From positions 736,001 through 800,000 of the forward strand of contig OY762897.2 in assembly GCA_963666515.2 (NCBI GenBank): 64,000 nt of DNA, written 5' to 3'. Source of the stretch: Candidatus Binatia bacterium. Its GTDB lineage: Bacteria > Desulfobacterota > Binatia > UBA9968 > JAJDTQ01. Shown here piece after piece: positions 8,765 through 22,304 of the stretch (position 1 is its first letter; every line of letters starts with the position of its first letter). The notes under the pieces are model-generated. The model had not been told where the DNA came from and searched no databases. It saw only the letters and a list, made by a program, of their open reading frames with translations. The translations under genes were made by a program, and so were the position numbers.

Positions 8765-9493
8765 TCAGCCCGACAGGTTGGCCTTGTAGAAATCCACTGT
8801 CCGCTGCCAAGCGTCGGCGGCGGCTTCGGGGTGCCAGCGGTCGGCGTTGGTGTTGTTGTTGAAGGCGTGCTTGGCGCCGTCGCCGTAAATCTTGAGGTCG
8901 ATGCTCTTGCCGTGTTTGGCCAGCTCGGCCTTCAGAGGCTCGATGCCGGGCATGATGTTGGGATCGTCTTCCGCGTAGTTGCCCATGAGCGGGCAGGCGA
9001 TGTTGGCCACCTGCTCCAGCGGGTCGGGGTTGCGGCCGTAGTACACCACCGCGGCGTTGAGCTGGCTGCACTTGGTGGCGAAGTTGAGGGACTGGCCGCC
9101 GCCCCAGCAGTAGCCCACCACCCCCACCTTGTCGTTGGCGAAGCCCTGGCTCTTGAGGTACTCCAGCGTGTTCGTGAGGTCTTCCACGCAGCCGGCCGGG
9201 TCCAGGCTCCGGATGGCGGCGATGGCGTCCTGCGAGGTCTGGTACTGCGCGGTGCCGCCGGTGCGCTGCAGCAGATCCGGGGCCAGCGCGGCGAAGCCTT
9301 CCTTGGCGAAGTGCCGCGCCACGTCCTTGATGTGGTCCACGAGCCCGACGTTCTCGTGAATCACGATCACCGAACCCAGGTTGGCGCCGCCCTTGGGCCG
9401 CGACAGGTAGCCCGTGCAGCTTCCGTATTCGACCGTTCCCGATTCCAGCTCGGGGTCATTCTCGTCTACGAGATAGGGTATGGTGTCCGCCAT
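8765..9493 (-). CDS. Dienelactone hydrolase family protein
   Basis: VIHENVGL, GYCWGG, VYYG, AKHAFNN; GGAGG RBS. Confidence 0.93.
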   Translation of the reverse strand: MADTIPYLVDENDPELESGTVEYGSCTGYLSRPKGGANLGSVIVIHENVGLVDHIKDVARHFAKEGFAALAPDLLQRTGGTAQYQTSQDAIAAIRSLDPAGCVEDLTNTLEYLKSQGFANDKVGVVGYCWGGGQSLNFATKCSQLNAAVVYYGRNPDPLEQVANIACPLMGNYAEDDPNIMPGIEPLKAELAKHGKSIDLKIYGDGAKHAFNNNTNADRWHPEAAADAWQRTVDFYKANLSG

Positions 9494-9568
9494 ATCCAGA
9501 GTTCCTCCTTCGTAAACCACTAAATCAGTATAGCAGGTGATGCATTATGCCGCCGAAAAGATAAAGGC

Positions 9569-10534
9569 TCATGGCTTCGCCATCAACGTCAAGCCGACAC
9601 GGAAACCCAGGATGGGATAGCCGAGATCCGCTTGCCTGTGATGACGATAGGCAGACCGGAGGACATGGGGCGCATCCCACCAGGAACCGCTACGTTGCAT
9701 GCGGCGGTTGCACCTATCCCCTTGTGTCCAGGCAGTTCCGTCCCTCGGTGCATTATCGTAGCCCGCGTTTCTTCGTCCGCAGTCTTCTACCCACTCGGTC
9801 ACATTGCCGTGAGTATCGTGCAATCCAAACGCATTCGGTGGAAAAGACCCGACGGGAACAGTCCTCCTTCTATCGAGCCCTCCCTTCCCCAAGCCTGCGG
9901 AACGGCGGCTGCGGCGCTGTCCGTTGTAGTTTGCCTGATCCGTTGATATCGTGTTCCCGAAGTGAAAGGGCCCTGTTGTCCCGGCGCGGGCTGCGTACTC
10001 CCATTCCGACTCCGACAATAACCGGTATCGTTCCCCGGTCTTCCGCGACAGCCACTCTGCGTAGGCTTTGGCATCATACCAGCTTACACAAACAACAGGG
10101 TCACGCTCGGTTTGTCTGAAGAGGTGGTTCTTCCACGAGAGCCCGTCGTCCTTCTGCCACCTGTTGTTGCTGCTCAGGTAATAGCAACCATGACTCATAT
10201 CGTGTTGGGTGTCCTTCACGAAGGCTCCAAATTCACCGACGGTTACTTCATACTTACCCACTCCGAACGGCTGGGGTATCGTGACTTCATGCTGAGGACC
10301 TTCACGATCACGCCTGCCTCGTTCACCACGTGGGGAGCCCATCATGAACTTGCCGGCGGGCACAACCACTATTTCAGGGCATTCGTCACAGTCGCGAAGC
10401 ACCTCTCCGGCCTGAAACGCCCAAGACGGCGCTGTGGCCAGTATCATGAAGATCACGACAATTATGGTGGCATGGATGCCATGTCCGATTCGACCAGCCG
10501 ATCCCGATTCACGCATGATGGGTCCTACGCTCAT
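9569..10534 (-). CDS. Formylglycine-generating enzyme (SUMF1/FGE-sulfatase) domain protein, secreted
   Basis: RDCDECPE, FMMGSP, YEVTVGEF, PVVCVSW, RLLSESEWEYAARAG, PNAFGLHD..GNVTEW, GFRV; hydrophobic N-terminus; visibly lower GC; start uncertain. Confidence 0.9.
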   Translation of the reverse strand: MSVGPIMRESGSAGRIGHGIHATIIVVIFMILATAPSWAFQAGEVLRDCDECPEIVVVPAGKFMMGSPRGERGRRDREGPQHEVTIPQPFGVGKYEVTVGEFGAFVKDTQHDMSHGCYYLSSNNRWQKDDGLSWKNHLFRQTERDPVVCVSWYDAKAYAEWLSRKTGERYRLLSESEWEYAARAGTTGPFHFGNTISTDQANYNGQRRSRRSAGLGKGGLDRRRTVPVGSFPPNAFGLHDTHGNVTEWVEDCGRRNAGYDNAPRDGTAWTQGDRCNRRMQRSGSWWDAPHVLRSAYRHHRQADLGYPILGFRVGLTLMAKP

Positions 10535-10593
10535 GGTGTCGTTCCTTTGTAGTGTAACCCATAGACCGTTGAGTTGACTTGTCAGGCTGCTCG

Positions 10594-12804
10594 CTATGCC
10601 GCCGCCAGCCGCGAACCCCGCCGTTGCCTCTGCACCAGGTACAGCCCCGCGAACAGCACCCAGGCGGCGAACTGGACGGTCATGCGCAGGGAGTCGACGT
10701 CGCCCGCCACGAGGCCCGGGCGGAAGGCGGCGATGCAGACTACTATCAGCAGAAGCCGTTCGGGCCAGCCGCAACGGTCCTTGAAGAATCCCTGCATGGC
10801 CGCGGCAAAGGCCATCATGGCCACCAAGCCGTTCACGATGACCCAGACGACGCTGAACAGGTCGTTGAGCCAGATGATCGTGCCGTCCGGCCCCACGCCG
10901 GCGATCAGCAGCAGTTCCAGGTTGAAGATGAACACGAACGGCAGGATCGCGGTGCGCAGGTCGTAGGTGAACCCCTGCATGCCGGTCTTGATGGGATCGG
11001 AACCGGCGATGGCGGAGGCGGCGAAGGCCGCCAGCCCCACCGGCGGCGTGTCGTCGGCGAGAATGCCGAAGTAGAAGACGAACAGGTGGGCCGCCAGCAC
11101 CGGGATCACCAGGCCCGCCTGGCCGCCCAGGGTGACGATCACCGGCGCGGTCAGCGTGGCCATGACGATGTAGTTGGCGGTGGTGGGGAGCCCCATGCCC
11201 AGGATCAGGCTGGTGACCGCGGTCAGCAGCAGCATGAGCACCACGTTGCCCAGGGAGATGATCTCGATGGCCTCGATGAACCGGCTGCTGAGCCCGGTCA
11301 GGGTCACGGTGCCGACGATGATGCCGGCGGCCGCGGTGGCCACCGCGATGGGCGCCATGTTGCGGGCGCCGGACACGCAGCCTTGCAGGATCTCGCGGAT
11401 GCTCAGGGCCAGTCCCTGCAATATCGCCTGCCCGAGTGATCCGGGCGCCGGGTTGTCCGGGGCGGGTCGAAGGACCGCGGCGCAACTCTGGACCAGCCGC
11501 TGTATGACCATGATGGCCAGGGTCAGGAGAATGGCGTTGAACGCCGCCGAGATCGCGGAGAACCGCAGTATGACCAGCGTGTAGATCAGCGCCAGAATCG
11601 GAACCAGGAAGTGAAAGCCTTTGAGGAACGTGGGCCAGAATGGCGGCAACTCTTCCACGGGTATCGCGGTCAAGTTCAGCTTGAGCGCTTCGAGGTGGAC
11701 CACGTAGAGCAGGGCGATATATGAGAGCACCGCCGGTATGGCCGCAGCCGTGACGATGTCGATGTACGGGAGCCCGAGAAACTCCGCCATGATGAAAGCA
11801 GCCGCGCCCATGACCGGCGGCAGGAGCTGCCCGTTGGTGCTTGCGCCCACCTCCACGGCCCCGGCCTTGTAAGCCGGGAGCCCCACCCGTTTCATCAGCG
11901 GGATGGTGAAGGTCCCTGTGGTGGCCACGTTGGCGATGGACGAGCCGGATACCATGCCGGTCAGTCCGGAAGCCAGCACCGCGGCCTTGGCCGGTCCGCC
12001 GCGGAAACGGCCTACCATGGCGTACGCCACCTGCACGAAGTACTCCGCCGCCCCGGCCCGGTCCAGCAGCGCCCCGAACAGCACGAATAGGAACACGAAA
12101 TCGGTGGACACACCCAGCGGCACGCCCCAGATGCCGCTGTCCGACAGGTACATGTGGTCGACGATGAACTCGAAGGGGATGCCGGGGTGGGCGAGAAACC
12201 TCGGCAGGTACGGTCCGATGAAGCAGTAGACCAGGAAGACCGTGCCCAGCGCCGGCAGCGCCAGTCCCAGGGAGCGGCGCGCCGACTCCAGCAGCAGGAG
12301 GACGAACGCCGCGCCGATCCACACGTCCCGCGTCAACGGGAGGCCGGAACGTTCGATGATCCCCACGTAGTCCCACGCCAGGTAGGCGGTGCCGCAGCCC
12401 GCCAGGGCCGCGATGATGAAGTCGTACCAGGGAATCTTTACGGGATCGCGCTTGCGGTGGCCCGGAAACAACTGCTGCATCAGGGCGTTGAAGCGCTCCA
12501 GTGTCGCGGCCCGCCGTATGGCCGGGAAGGCCAGATAGACCAGCAGTACGGCAAAGGTCAGGTGGATGCTGCGGGCGATGATGGAGTTGATGGGATCGTA
12601 GGCGATGTAGAGCTGGAACAGGGACCAGCAGAGCGCAAGCACCCAGAGGAACCCCCCGACCGGTCCGCCGGGAGAACGGGTCTTTCCTTCGCCCTCGCCC
12701 AACTCGGCCAACGCTTCAAGGTCGACGTTCTCGCCGGCGGTGTCGTCGCGATCGGATGAATTCATGGGGCCGCCCGGATGGCTTGTGCGCTGGTGTTTCG
12801 TCAA
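10594..12804 (-). CDS. TRAP transporter fused permease (4TM/12TM)
   Basis: GIWGVPLGVS, RGGPAKAAV, SGSSIANV, PPVMGAAAF, LGMGLPTTANY, DDTPPVGLAAF. Confidence 0.95.
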   Translation of the reverse strand: MTKHQRTSHPGGPMNSSDRDDTAGENVDLEALAELGEGEGKTRSPGGPVGGFLWVLALCWSLFQLYIAYDPINSIIARSIHLTFAVLLVYLAFPAIRRAATLERFNALMQQLFPGHRKRDPVKIPWYDFIIAALAGCGTAYLAWDYVGIIERSGLPLTRDVWIGAAFVLLLLESARRSLGLALPALGTVFLVYCFIGPYLPRFLAHPGIPFEFIVDHMYLSDSGIWGVPLGVSTDFVFLFVLFGALLDRAGAAEYFVQVAYAMVGRFRGGPAKAAVLASGLTGMVSGSSIANVATTGTFTIPLMKRVGLPAYKAGAVEVGASTNGQLLPPVMGAAAFIMAEFLGLPYIDIVTAAAIPAVLSYIALLYVVHLEALKLNLTAIPVEELPPFWPTFLKGFHFLVPILALIYTLVILRFSAISAAFNAILLTLAIMVIQRLVQSCAAVLRPAPDNPAPGSLGQAILQGLALSIREILQGCVSGARNMAPIAVATAAAGIIVGTVTLTGLSSRFIEAIEIISLGNVVLMLLLTAVTSLILGMGLPTTANYIVMATLTAPVIVTLGGQAGLVIPVLAAHLFVFYFGILADDTPPVGLAAFAASAIAGSDPIKTGMQGFTYDLRTAILPFVFIFNLELLLIAGVGPDGTIIWLNDLFSVVWVIVNGLVAMMAFAAAMQGFFKDRCGWPERLLLIVVCIAAFRPGLVAGDVDSLRMTVQFAAWVLFAGLYLVQRQRRGSRLAAA

Positions 12805-12810
12805 GTGGAC

Positions 12811-12849
12811 CGGCCCGGGGCCGGGCGCTTGCGCCCGCGCCCCGAGCCG
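12811..12849. other. GC-rich intercistronic hairpin between TAXI and permease genes
   Basis: CGGCCCGGGGCCGGGCGC-TT-GCGCCCGCGCCCCGAGCCG imperfect stem; probable mRNA stabiliser. Confidence 0.45.
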
Positions 12850-12879
12850 TGCGTCATTTCGGGGAAGGAGACCGGTTGC

Positions 12880-13845
12880 CTACTGCCAGCCCTTCTCCTT
12901 GTAGTACTTCACCGCTCCCGGATGCAACGGAGCCGAGAGGCCGCCCAGCATGTCCTTCGGCTGCAGGTGCTTGAAGTTGGCGTACGAGTTGCGGAGCGTG
13001 TCGAGGTTCTCGAAGATGGTCTTGACTACCGTGTACACGGAGTCGGCCGACTCCTTCTCGCCGGTGACGAAGGTCGCCTTCACGGCGTAGGTCGGAACGT
13101 CGTTGTCCACGCCCTTGTAGGTCCCGCCGGGGATCTTGGTCATGACGTAGAAGGGGTTGTCCGCCACCAGCTTCTTGATCGGCGCGGTGTCCACCGGAAC
13201 GATGTCGATGGCGGTGCTGTTGGCGATCTCGAGGCCGCCGCCCCAGGGAACCCCGATGGTGTAGAAGAACGCATCGATCTTCTTGTCCACCAGCGCGCGG
13301 TTGGCCTCGTTCTGCTGCAGACCTTCGGCCTTGATGTCCTTGTCCTTGTCGATGCCGGAGAGGCGCAGCACGTCCTCAGCGTTGCCCCGCTGTCCCGATC
13401 CGGGGTTTCCGATGTTGACGCGTTTGCCCTTGAGGTCCGCTATGGTCTTGATGCCCGTGTCCTTGCGGGTGACCAGCATGACCGCCTCGGGATGGACGGT
13501 GAAGACCGTGCGCAGTCCCTTGTCCGGCTTGCCCTTCCAGTTCTTCTTGCCGTTGGCGGCGGCCCAAACCCAGTCGGACTGGGCCACGCCGTAGTTCAGC
13601 AGCCCCCGCTGGATGGACCGGATGTTGAAGACCGATCCGAGCGCCGGCCGGCCGATGCAGTTGTAGCCCTTGCCGCCCAGCTTGTCGTTGACGATCTTGC
13701 AGATGTTCAAGGCCACCTGGTAGTAGACGCCGGTCGTGGAGCCGCCGCCGATAACCAGGAAGTTCTGTGCCGCCGCATCCTTGGCCGCCACCGTCAGGCC
13801 GCCGCACAGCGCCAGACCGAGCATCAACGTGAGTAAACGCTTCAT
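12880..13845 (-). CDS. TAXI-family TRAP solute-binding protein
   Basis: Signal peptide; GGSTTGVYY, GSVFN, AQSD, NIGNPGSG, PLHPGAVKYYKE. Confidence 0.95.
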   Translation of the reverse strand: MKRLLTLMLGLALCGGLTVAAKDAAAQNFLVIGGGSTTGVYYQVALNICKIVNDKLGGKGYNCIGRPALGSVFNIRSIQRGLLNYGVAQSDWVWAAANGKKNWKGKPDKGLRTVFTVHPEAVMLVTRKDTGIKTIADLKGKRVNIGNPGSGQRGNAEDVLRLSGIDKDKDIKAEGLQQNEANRALVDKKIDAFFYTIGVPWGGGLEIANSTAIDIVPVDTAPIKKLVADNPFYVMTKIPGGTYKGVDNDVPTYAVKATFVTGEKESADSVYTVVKTIFENLDTLRNSYANFKHLQPKDMLGGLSAPLHPGAVKYYKEKGWQ

Positions 13846-14051
13846 GGGATCCTCCTTTGAGTTAGGGTTCCGCCGTCAGACCTCCCGGAACCAACAGCCG
13901 TGTCCATGCCACATCGGGTGCCGCAATGCAACCGGGCTCCGAGTGGATATTTCCCGCGTCCTGCGATAGGACACTAGGGACGCCCCCACGGGTCCCGGTA
14001 CCCGTGTTTTACCGCAGCGACGTCCGGAAAATCCGCAGGAAGGAAGACGGA

Positions 14052-15425
14052 GTGGCTGAAGTCGCCGGCATGCTCGACATGGCCCGACTGAAAGAAGCCG
14101 TGGCCGCGGGCCGGGTGGACACCGTGCTGACGGCGTTCACCGACCTCTACGGCCGGTTCATGGGGAAGCGCCTGGACGCGGGCTTCTTCCTGGACGCCGC
14201 GGCGTCGGAGGGCACCCACGCGTGCGACTACCTCCTGACCGTGGACATGGAGATGGAGCCGGTGCAGGGCTACCGTCTGGCCAACTGGAAGAAGGGGTAC
14301 GGCGACTTCCACCTGGCGCCCGACCTGAGCACCCTGAGGCGGCTGAGCTGGCAGGAGAAGACCGCCATGGTGCTCTGCGACGTGCGCCACAACGCCTCCC
14401 ATGAGCTGGTGGCGGAAGCGCCGCGGTCGATCCTGCAGCGGCAGGTGGAGGCGCTCCGCGACCTGGGTTTCGAGGCCATGGCGGCGTCGGAGCTGGAGTA
14501 CTACCTGTTCGAGGACTCGTACCGGCAGGCCGCGGACAAGCACTACCACGACTTGGCCCCGGCCGGCGGCTACATCGAGGACTACCACGTGCTCCAGGGC
14601 TTCCGGGAGGAAGGCTTCCAGGGCGCGGTGCGGCGCCACCTGCGGGACTCGGGAGTGCCGGTGGAAAGCTCCAAGGGCGAGTGGGGTCCGGGCCAGCACG
14701 AGTTGAACGTGCGCTACGGCGACGCCCTCACCATGGCCGACCGCCACTGCGTCTACAAGGAGTGCCTGAAGGAGGTGGCGGAGCAGATGGGGCTCAGCGT
14801 CACCTTCATGGCCAAGTACGACTCGGAGCTGGCGGGGTCGGGCTGCCACGTGCACCTGAGTCTTTGGCGGGACGGCGGCAACGCCTTCGCCGGGAGCGGC
14901 GGTGCGGACGGTTTCTCCGACGTGTTCCGCTGGTTCCTCGGCGGCTGGCTGGCGCATCTGCCCGAGACCATGGTGCTCTACGCGCCCACCGTCAACTCCT
15001 ACAAGCGCTACCGCGCCGAGTCCTGGGCGCCCACGGGCATTGCCTGGAGCCTCGACAACCGCACCGCCGGGTTCCGGGTGGTGGGGCAGGGGGACGGCTG
15101 CCGCATCGAGTGCCGCGTGCCCGGCGCGGACTGCAACCCCTACTTGGCCTTTGCCGCGGCTCTGGCCGCGGGCATGGACGGCATCCGGCGGCGCATCGAG
15201 CCGCCCGCGGCCTTCGACGGCAACCTGTACGCGGCCGGCGACGTGCCGCAGGTGCCGGGGTCGCTGGGCGAGGCCGTGGAGCTGTTCGAGGACAGCGGGT
15301 TCTGCCGCGAGAGCTTCGGCGCGGAGGTGGTGGAGCACTACTCCCATTTCTTCCGCACGGAAGAAAGAAAGTACCGCGAGGCCGTCACCGACTGGGAAAG
15401 GAAACGCTACTTCGAGCGGATTTGA
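14052..15425 (+). CDS. Glutamine synthetase-like gamma-glutamyl-amine ligase (PuuA/GlnA4 type)
   Basis: DLYGRFMGKR, ELEYY, EWGPGQHE, TFMAK, GSGCHVHLS, NSYKR, DNRT, RIECRVPGAD.NPY, VTDWE. Confidence 0.92.
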   Translation: MAEVAGMLDMARLKEAVAAGRVDTVLTAFTDLYGRFMGKRLDAGFFLDAAASEGTHACDYLLTVDMEMEPVQGYRLANWKKGYGDFHLAPDLSTLRRLSWQEKTAMVLCDVRHNASHELVAEAPRSILQRQVEALRDLGFEAMAASELEYYLFEDSYRQAADKHYHDLAPAGGYIEDYHVLQGFREEGFQGAVRRHLRDSGVPVESSKGEWGPGQHELNVRYGDALTMADRHCVYKECLKEVAEQMGLSVTFMAKYDSELAGSGCHVHLSLWRDGGNAFAGSGGADGFSDVFRWFLGGWLAHLPETMVLYAPTVNSYKRYRAESWAPTGIAWSLDNRTAGFRVVGQGDGCRIECRVPGADCNPYLAFAAALAAGMDGIRRRIEPPAAFDGNLYAAGDVPQVPGSLGEAVELFEDSGFCRESFGAEVVEHYSHFFRTEERKYREAVTDWERKRYFERI

Positions 15426-15428
15426 ACA

Positions 15429-16148
15429 ATGCACGGTGTTGAGGACGGAGAGGCGCCGTTCATCGGCGTGACGACCTACGGGCGGGGGCCGCACAACCGG
15501 TTCATCCTGCCGGCGGAGTACGTCGATGCGGTGCGCCGCGCCGGCGGCATCCCGTTGCTGCTGCCGCCGGGGGAGGAGCGCCTGGACGCGGTCCTGCCGC
15601 TTCTCAAGGCGGTGGTGTTCAGCGGCGGCGGCGACCTCGATCCCGACCTTTACGGCGGCGGCCAACACGAGACCATCTACATGGTGGAGCCGGAACGGGA
15701 TCGTTCCGAGATCGAGCTGGCCCGGCGCGTGTTCGGTTTGAGCGTCCCCACCCTGGCCATCTGCCGCGGGACGCAGATACTGAACGTCGCCGAGGGCGGC
15801 ACGCTGATCGAGCACCTGCCCGACGAAGTGGGAGAGACGGTGACCCACCGCGCGCCGCCGCGGGAGCCCATCGCCCACCCGGTGAAGGTGGAGCCGGCAT
15901 CCCGGCTGGCCGGCATCCTGGGAGCCACCGACTTCTCGTGCATGTCCTGGCACCACCAGGCCGTTCGCCGGGTGGCCCCCGGATTCGAGGTCGTGGCGCA
16001 TGCCCCGGACGGCACCATCGAGGGCCTGGAGGCGCCGTCGCATCCCTGGCTCGTGGCCGTGCAGTGGCACCCCGAGCTGACCGCCGCGGAGGACCCCATC
16101 CAGCAGCGCCTGTTCGACGCGCTGGTGGAGGCCGCGATCGAGCGTTGA
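15429..16148 (+). CDS. Gamma-glutamyl-gamma-aminobutyrate hydrolase family (peptidase C26, PuuD-like)
   Basis: GGGDLDP, LAICRG.Q, SWHHQAV, VQWHPE. Confidence 0.93.
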   Translation: MHGVEDGEAPFIGVTTYGRGPHNRFILPAEYVDAVRRAGGIPLLLPPGEERLDAVLPLLKAVVFSGGGDLDPDLYGGGQHETIYMVEPERDRSEIELARRVFGLSVPTLAICRGTQILNVAEGGTLIEHLPDEVGETVTHRAPPREPIAHPVKVEPASRLAGILGATDFSCMSWHHQAVRRVAPGFEVVAHAPDGTIEGLEAPSHPWLVAVQWHPELTAAEDPIQQRLFDALVEAAIER

Positions 16149-16165
16149 GCACGGTGACCCTTTTC

Positions 16166-16240
16166 CTCCGTCACCCCGGACTTGATCCGGGGTCCAGAGG
16201 GGTTTCGCCTGGATTCCGGGTCAAGCCCGGAATGACGGAG
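16166..16240. repeat. Double-hairpin palindromic intergenic repeat (REP/RPE-like)
   Basis: CTCCGTCACCCCGGACTTGATCCGGGGTCCAG...CTGGATTCCGGGTCAAGCCCGGAATGACGGAG. Confidence 0.8.
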
Positions 16241-16310
16241 AGGGGGCCGGGGAAGCGGCGCTTGCGGATTTCCGCGCGGGTCCACGAAGGATAGTTGTCC
16301 AGTCCGGACC

Positions 16311-17117
16311 ATGGCTATGCGTCTGAAGAACAAGGTGGCACTCATCACAGGCGGCGCCGGCGGCATCGGCCGGGAGACCGCGCTCCTGTTCGCGCGCGAA
16401 GGCGCGCGGGTGGTCATCGCCGATGTCGATGACCGGGGCGGCAAGCGCCTCGCCGGCCGCATCAACCGGAGCGGCGGCGAGGCCGTGTATTGCCATGCGG
16501 ACGTGTCCCGTGACGGCGACTGCGCCGGCATGGTGGCGGCCGCGGAGACGGAGTTCGGCGCGCTCCACGTCCTGTTCAACAACGCCGGCATCATGCGGGT
16601 CGACGATGGCGGCGCGGTGGAGACCTCCGAAGAAGTATGGGACGCCACGCTGGCCGTGAACCTCAAGGGGGTGTTCCTGGGCTGCAAGCATGGCATCCCG
16701 GCGCTGCGCCGTGCCGGCGGCGGCTCGGTCATCAACACGGCGTCGTTCGTGGCGCTGATGGGCGCGGCCACGCCGCAGCTCGCCTACACCGCCAGCAAGG
16801 GGGGCGTGGTCGCCCTCACACGGGAGTTGGCGGTGATCCACGCCCGGGAGAACATCCGGGTCAACGCGTTGTGCCCCGGTCCGTTGCGCACGGAGCTGCT
16901 GATGAAGGTGCTGGACACCCCGCGCAAGCGGCAGCGGCGCTTGGTGCACATTCCCATGGGACGGTTCGGCGAGGCCCGCGAGATCGCCCGTGCGGCGCTT
17001 TATCTGGCGAGTGACGAGTCGTCTTTCGTAACGGGCACGGAGTTCGTCGTGGACGGCGGCATCACCGCGGCCTACGTCACGCCGGAGCCGGCGCGGCCGC
17101 GCAAGGGGAAGGGGTGA
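16311..17117 (+). CDS. Short-chain dehydrogenase/reductase
   Basis: [21 protein letters not shown]. Confidence 0.95.
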   Translation: MAMRLKNKVALITGGAGGIGRETALLFAREGARVVIADVDDRGGKRLAGRINRSGGEAVYCHADVSRDGDCAGMVAAAETEFGALHVLFNNAGIMRVDDGGAVETSEEVWDATLAVNLKGVFLGCKHGIPALRRAGGGSVINTASFVALMGAATPQLAYTASKGGVVALTRELAVIHARENIRVNALCPGPLRTELLMKVLDTPRKRQRRLVHIPMGRFGEAREIARAALYLASDESSFVTGTEFVVDGGITAAYVTPEPARPRKGKG

Positions 17118-17125
17118 GAAGGGGC

Positions 17126-20806
<3,681 letters not shown>

Positions 20807-20831
20807 GGCAAAGCCTGAGCGGGGACGAAGG

Positions 20832-21410
20832 CTATAGTGGTTTCCCGACCTCCCTGTCCAGATACTCCAGGGCCATCCGCGCGGCCTGATAGTCGGGATC
20901 GTGCCGCAAGGCCCGTTCGAAGGAGCGCCTCGCCGCGTGGAAGTTCCCCTGCATTACACGCACACGGCCGAGATTGAAATGCGCGAACTGGTAGCAACAG
21001 TATCGCTTGGCCGAGATCGCCTTCTCGAGCCACGGGACCGCTTCGTCCGGGCGGCCGAGATCGATCAGGTACGCCCCGATATCGTTGTAAGGATTGCCGA
21101 AGTCCGGATCGAGCGCGATGGCTTTCTCGCATTCGGCAATGGCTTGTTCGAGATGCCCGAGCATGCTGAGCGACCAGCCCAGGAAGGTGTGGCCCTCGGC
21201 CGTCGGCAGAATCTCGATGGACTCCCGGAAACTGTCGACCGCAGCCTGGTATCGGCCGTTGAGATGCAGGAGGTAGCCTTGCCGCCAAAGGGCGTAGGCG
21301 CGCATCTTGTCGGGAACTTCCGAAGGCTCGCCTGACTGTCCGTGAGCCGCAGGGGTCAGCGACAGCGCCACCAGGAACACCGCGGCCAGGAATGAGCGGG
21401 ACCCGATCAT
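20832..21410 (-). CDS. Secreted tetratricopeptide-repeat protein
   Basis: Signal peptide; AEGHTFLGW, AIALDPDFGNPYNDIG, AHFNLGR TPR helices. Confidence 0.85.
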   Translation of the reverse strand: MIGSRSFLAAVFLVALSLTPAAHGQSGEPSEVPDKMRAYALWRQGYLLHLNGRYQAAVDSFRESIEILPTAEGHTFLGWSLSMLGHLEQAIAECEKAIALDPDFGNPYNDIGAYLIDLGRPDEAVPWLEKAISAKRYCCYQFAHFNLGRVRVMQGNFHAARRSFERALRHDPDYQAARMALEYLDREVGKPL

Positions 21411-21485
21411 GGGAGCACCTGTTCCAGCATGTCCGGCACGCGCCCTCCCGGGCCGTTTCAGCAGCAACTTGGTGTCAGCAGGTCT

Positions 21486-22304
21486 CTACCCGCTGAGAAA
21501 ACCTGTCACCAGCGCCGCCGTGTCCTCCGGCCGTTCGGCCTGGGGGCTGTGGCCGGCGCCCTTCACGAGCTTCACGCCGTTGGAACCGGAGATGCCCTCC
21601 GCGTAGGCTTCGCCGTGCGCCAGCGGCACCATGTGGTCCGATTCGCCCCACACCACCAGGGTCGGCGCCGCGATGCGGTGCAGCCGGCTCCTGAGCGAGC
21701 GGTTGTAGAAATAGGGCGGGTTGAAGCCGAACCGGTTGGTGAAGCGTATCATCTGGTAACGCCGCAGCTCGTCCTCGATGTTCTCGGCCCGGCCGTCGGG
21801 AAACAGCGCGTGTCCCGCCGGCGTTTGGTCGTTCTCGAACAGCATGGCCCGCAACTCGGAGTAGTCGGTGCCGCGCACCGGGTGGGACATCATGAAGATG
21901 TCGCCGATGGGAGCACCGGACACGAACAGGCCCGATGCGTCGATGAGCACGAGCCGGCGGACCTTCTCGGGGTGCCGCGCCGCAAGCTCGGCAGCCGCCC
22001 AGCCTCCCACGCACGCGCCCACCAGGTCGAAGCGTTCCAGGCCGAGGGCGTCGATCACCTCCAGGTAGTGGAATACCAGGTCCTCTGCCGACTCCAGGTA
22101 CTCGATCTCGTCCGATGCCGCGCACCCGGGATGGGCCGGAGCGTACAGCCGGCAGCTCTCCACGAGCTTTTCGTGGAAAGGCATCCAGCCTTCGGTGACG
22201 GCGTGAACGTCGGCGAATCCGTGGAGGTAGAGCGTGGGCTCGCCGGAACCGTCTTCCAGCACCGAGACCTTCCGGCCGTTGACGTCGAGGGTCCGCCCGC
22301 TCAT
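21486..22304 (-). CDS. Alpha/beta-fold hydrolase with Cys at the nucleophile elbow
   Basis: YLHG, VGACVGG, PTLVVWGESD, AGHSP; 4-bp overlap with LLM gene. Confidence 0.88.
   Translation of the reverse strand: MSGRTLDVNGRKVSVLEDGSGEPTLYLHGFADVHAVTEGWMPFHEKLVESCRLYAPAHPGCAASDEIEYLESAEDLVFHYLEVIDALGLERFDLVGACVGGWAAAELAARHPEKVRRLVLIDASGLFVSGAPIGDIFMMSHPVRGTDYSELRAMLFENDQTPAGHALFPDGRAENIEDELRRYQMIRFTNRFGFNPPYFYNRSLRSRLHRIAAPTLVVWGESDHMVPLAHGEAYAEGISGSNGVKLVKGAGHSPQAERPEDTAALVTGFLSG

Noticed and set aside
9569-9720. Diversity-generating retroelement variable region
   Set aside because: No template repeat or reverse transcriptase within the window.
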